IMG/VR virus record: IMGVR_UViG_3300029305_006397
Origin: a virus
Length of the DNA: 64,000 nt
Strand: one strand, 5' to 3'
The notes under the pieces: generated by a model
Seen by the model: the letters and a program-made list of their open reading frames with translations, nothing else
Told to the model about the DNA's origin: nothing
The model's database searches: none
Part shown: positions 63,257-64,000 of the stretch, one piece after another
How the letters are laid out: each line of letters opens with the position of its first letter
Position numbering within the stretch: the stretch's first letter is position 1
Program-made: the position numbers and the translations under genes

Positions 63257-63469
63257 TTACGAATATTGAAAACCGCGAAGATCAGCAAAACCTTGTCCAA
63301 ATGCTTCTTCAAACAAACCTTGTGCTTCCGCTGCAGATCTGCAGGCAACGGTAATAAAATGCCCAGGTTCTTCAGTAAGCTTTAAAATCAAATATTCTCC
63401 GTCAATAAGCATCGAGCAGCATTCATACAAACATTCTGCACACTTAGGTGCGCTCAAACGAACTCTCAT
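63257..63469 (-). CDS. hypothetical protein
   Basis: 70-aa ORF in the train. Confidence 0.45.
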   Translation of the reverse strand: MRVRLSAPKCAECLYECCSMLIDGEYLILKLTEEPGHFITVACRSAAEAQGLFEEAFGQGFADLRGFQYS

Positions 63470-63473
63470 TTCA

Positions 63474-63680
63474 TTATTCCTTTCTATTCCATTCTTCTTT
63501 GGTCATTCCAAGCTCCTTCATGAGCAAGCGATTGACCAAGCCATTAAGCGAGATATTGAATATTTCACAATACTCTTTTATCGCGCTTTCGCGACCTTTG
63601 GGAAGATAAATTCTTGAAGTATAATAAGTTCTTTTATTATATTCCGCCTGATATTGACCCTTGGCATTACCGTTCGACAT
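63474..63680 (-). CDS. hypothetical protein, possibly ribbon-helix-helix
   Basis: Start at MSNGNAK (SD GGAGGG). RIYLPKGRESAIKEYCEIFNISLNGLVNRLL resembles an RHH/CopG pattern. Confidence 0.4.
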   Translation of the reverse strand: MSNGNAKGQYQAEYNKRTYYTSRIYLPKGRESAIKEYCEIFNISLNGLVNRLLMKELGMTKEEWNRKE

Positions 63681-63966
63681 GAAATTCCCTCCAATTGAGA
63701 ATAAATCCGTTGTTAATGAAGCGTTCGATGAATGCAGCACGACCAGGATCATCGCCAGAAATCATGATGTTAATAGAGTTACTGGGTATAAGACAATTTT
63801 CCGTTTCAGGAATATCATTATAAAAAGAAAATTCTACATTCATCAGATCAAGGAGATGTCTTAACCTATCAAAAGTTTCATCTCTTAAAAGAGATAAGTT
63901 TTTGATGTAGGTATTTCCATAGGCAACCTTCACGATAGGCGTGATTGCCTGTAAATACTCTTTCAT
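63667..63966 (-). CDS. hypothetical protein
   Basis: 99-aa ORF with SD AGGAGAAA before the ATG. The frame stays open upstream to the window edge, so the gene could be longer. Confidence 0.5.
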   Translation of the reverse strand: MKEYLQAITPIVKVAYGNTYIKNLSLLRDETFDRLRHLLDLMNVEFSFYNDIPETENCLIPSNSINIMISGDDPGRAAFIERFINNGFILNWREFHVER

Positions 63967-64000
63967 TTTCTCCTGATATCTGCGTTCAATTTCTTCATTT

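Overview
This window appears to be part of a large tailed-phage genome. The host is probably Firmicutes-like: strong AGGAGG-type Shine-Dalgarno sites, TRTG extended -10 promoters, roughly 40% GC by eye. Nothing could be searched, so every function call rests on motifs read from the translations. Positions 1-2511 (+ strand) hold the end of a tail-fibre / receptor-binding module. After convergent terminators, nearly all of 2.7-64 kb is one co-directional minus-strand gene train with many overlapping stop/start junctions. It encodes a tyrosine integrase next to tRNA-Lys(CTT). It also carries a nucleotide-metabolism block (guanylate kinase-like, DHFR, ThyA, dUTPase, NrdD/NrdG). A replication block follows (NAD-ligase, RecD-like helicase, DnaE-type Pol III alpha, PD-(D/E)XK nuclease, DNA methyltransferase, primase, DnaB-like helicase, AAA ATPase, SSB-like protein). 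Further elements are an HNH endonuclease, an HD protein plus cysteine desulfurase, LemA, RtcB, a second integrase coupled to an ADP-ribosyltransferase-like gene, and dozens of small Cys-rich ORFs. The most unusual region is the 3.7-kb tRNA island (50.8-54.4 kb). There, 9 canonical tRNAs alternate with aberrant tRNA-like genes and with 280-490-nt GC-rich, hairpin-dense non-coding blocks that show compensatory base changes. Other notable signals: a roughly 19-nt conserved promoter-like motif in about 10 copies; a plus-strand antisense sRNA with convergent promoters over a duplicated SD-ATG leader; and nested CCTGATTT repeats around the integrase-proximal tRNA.
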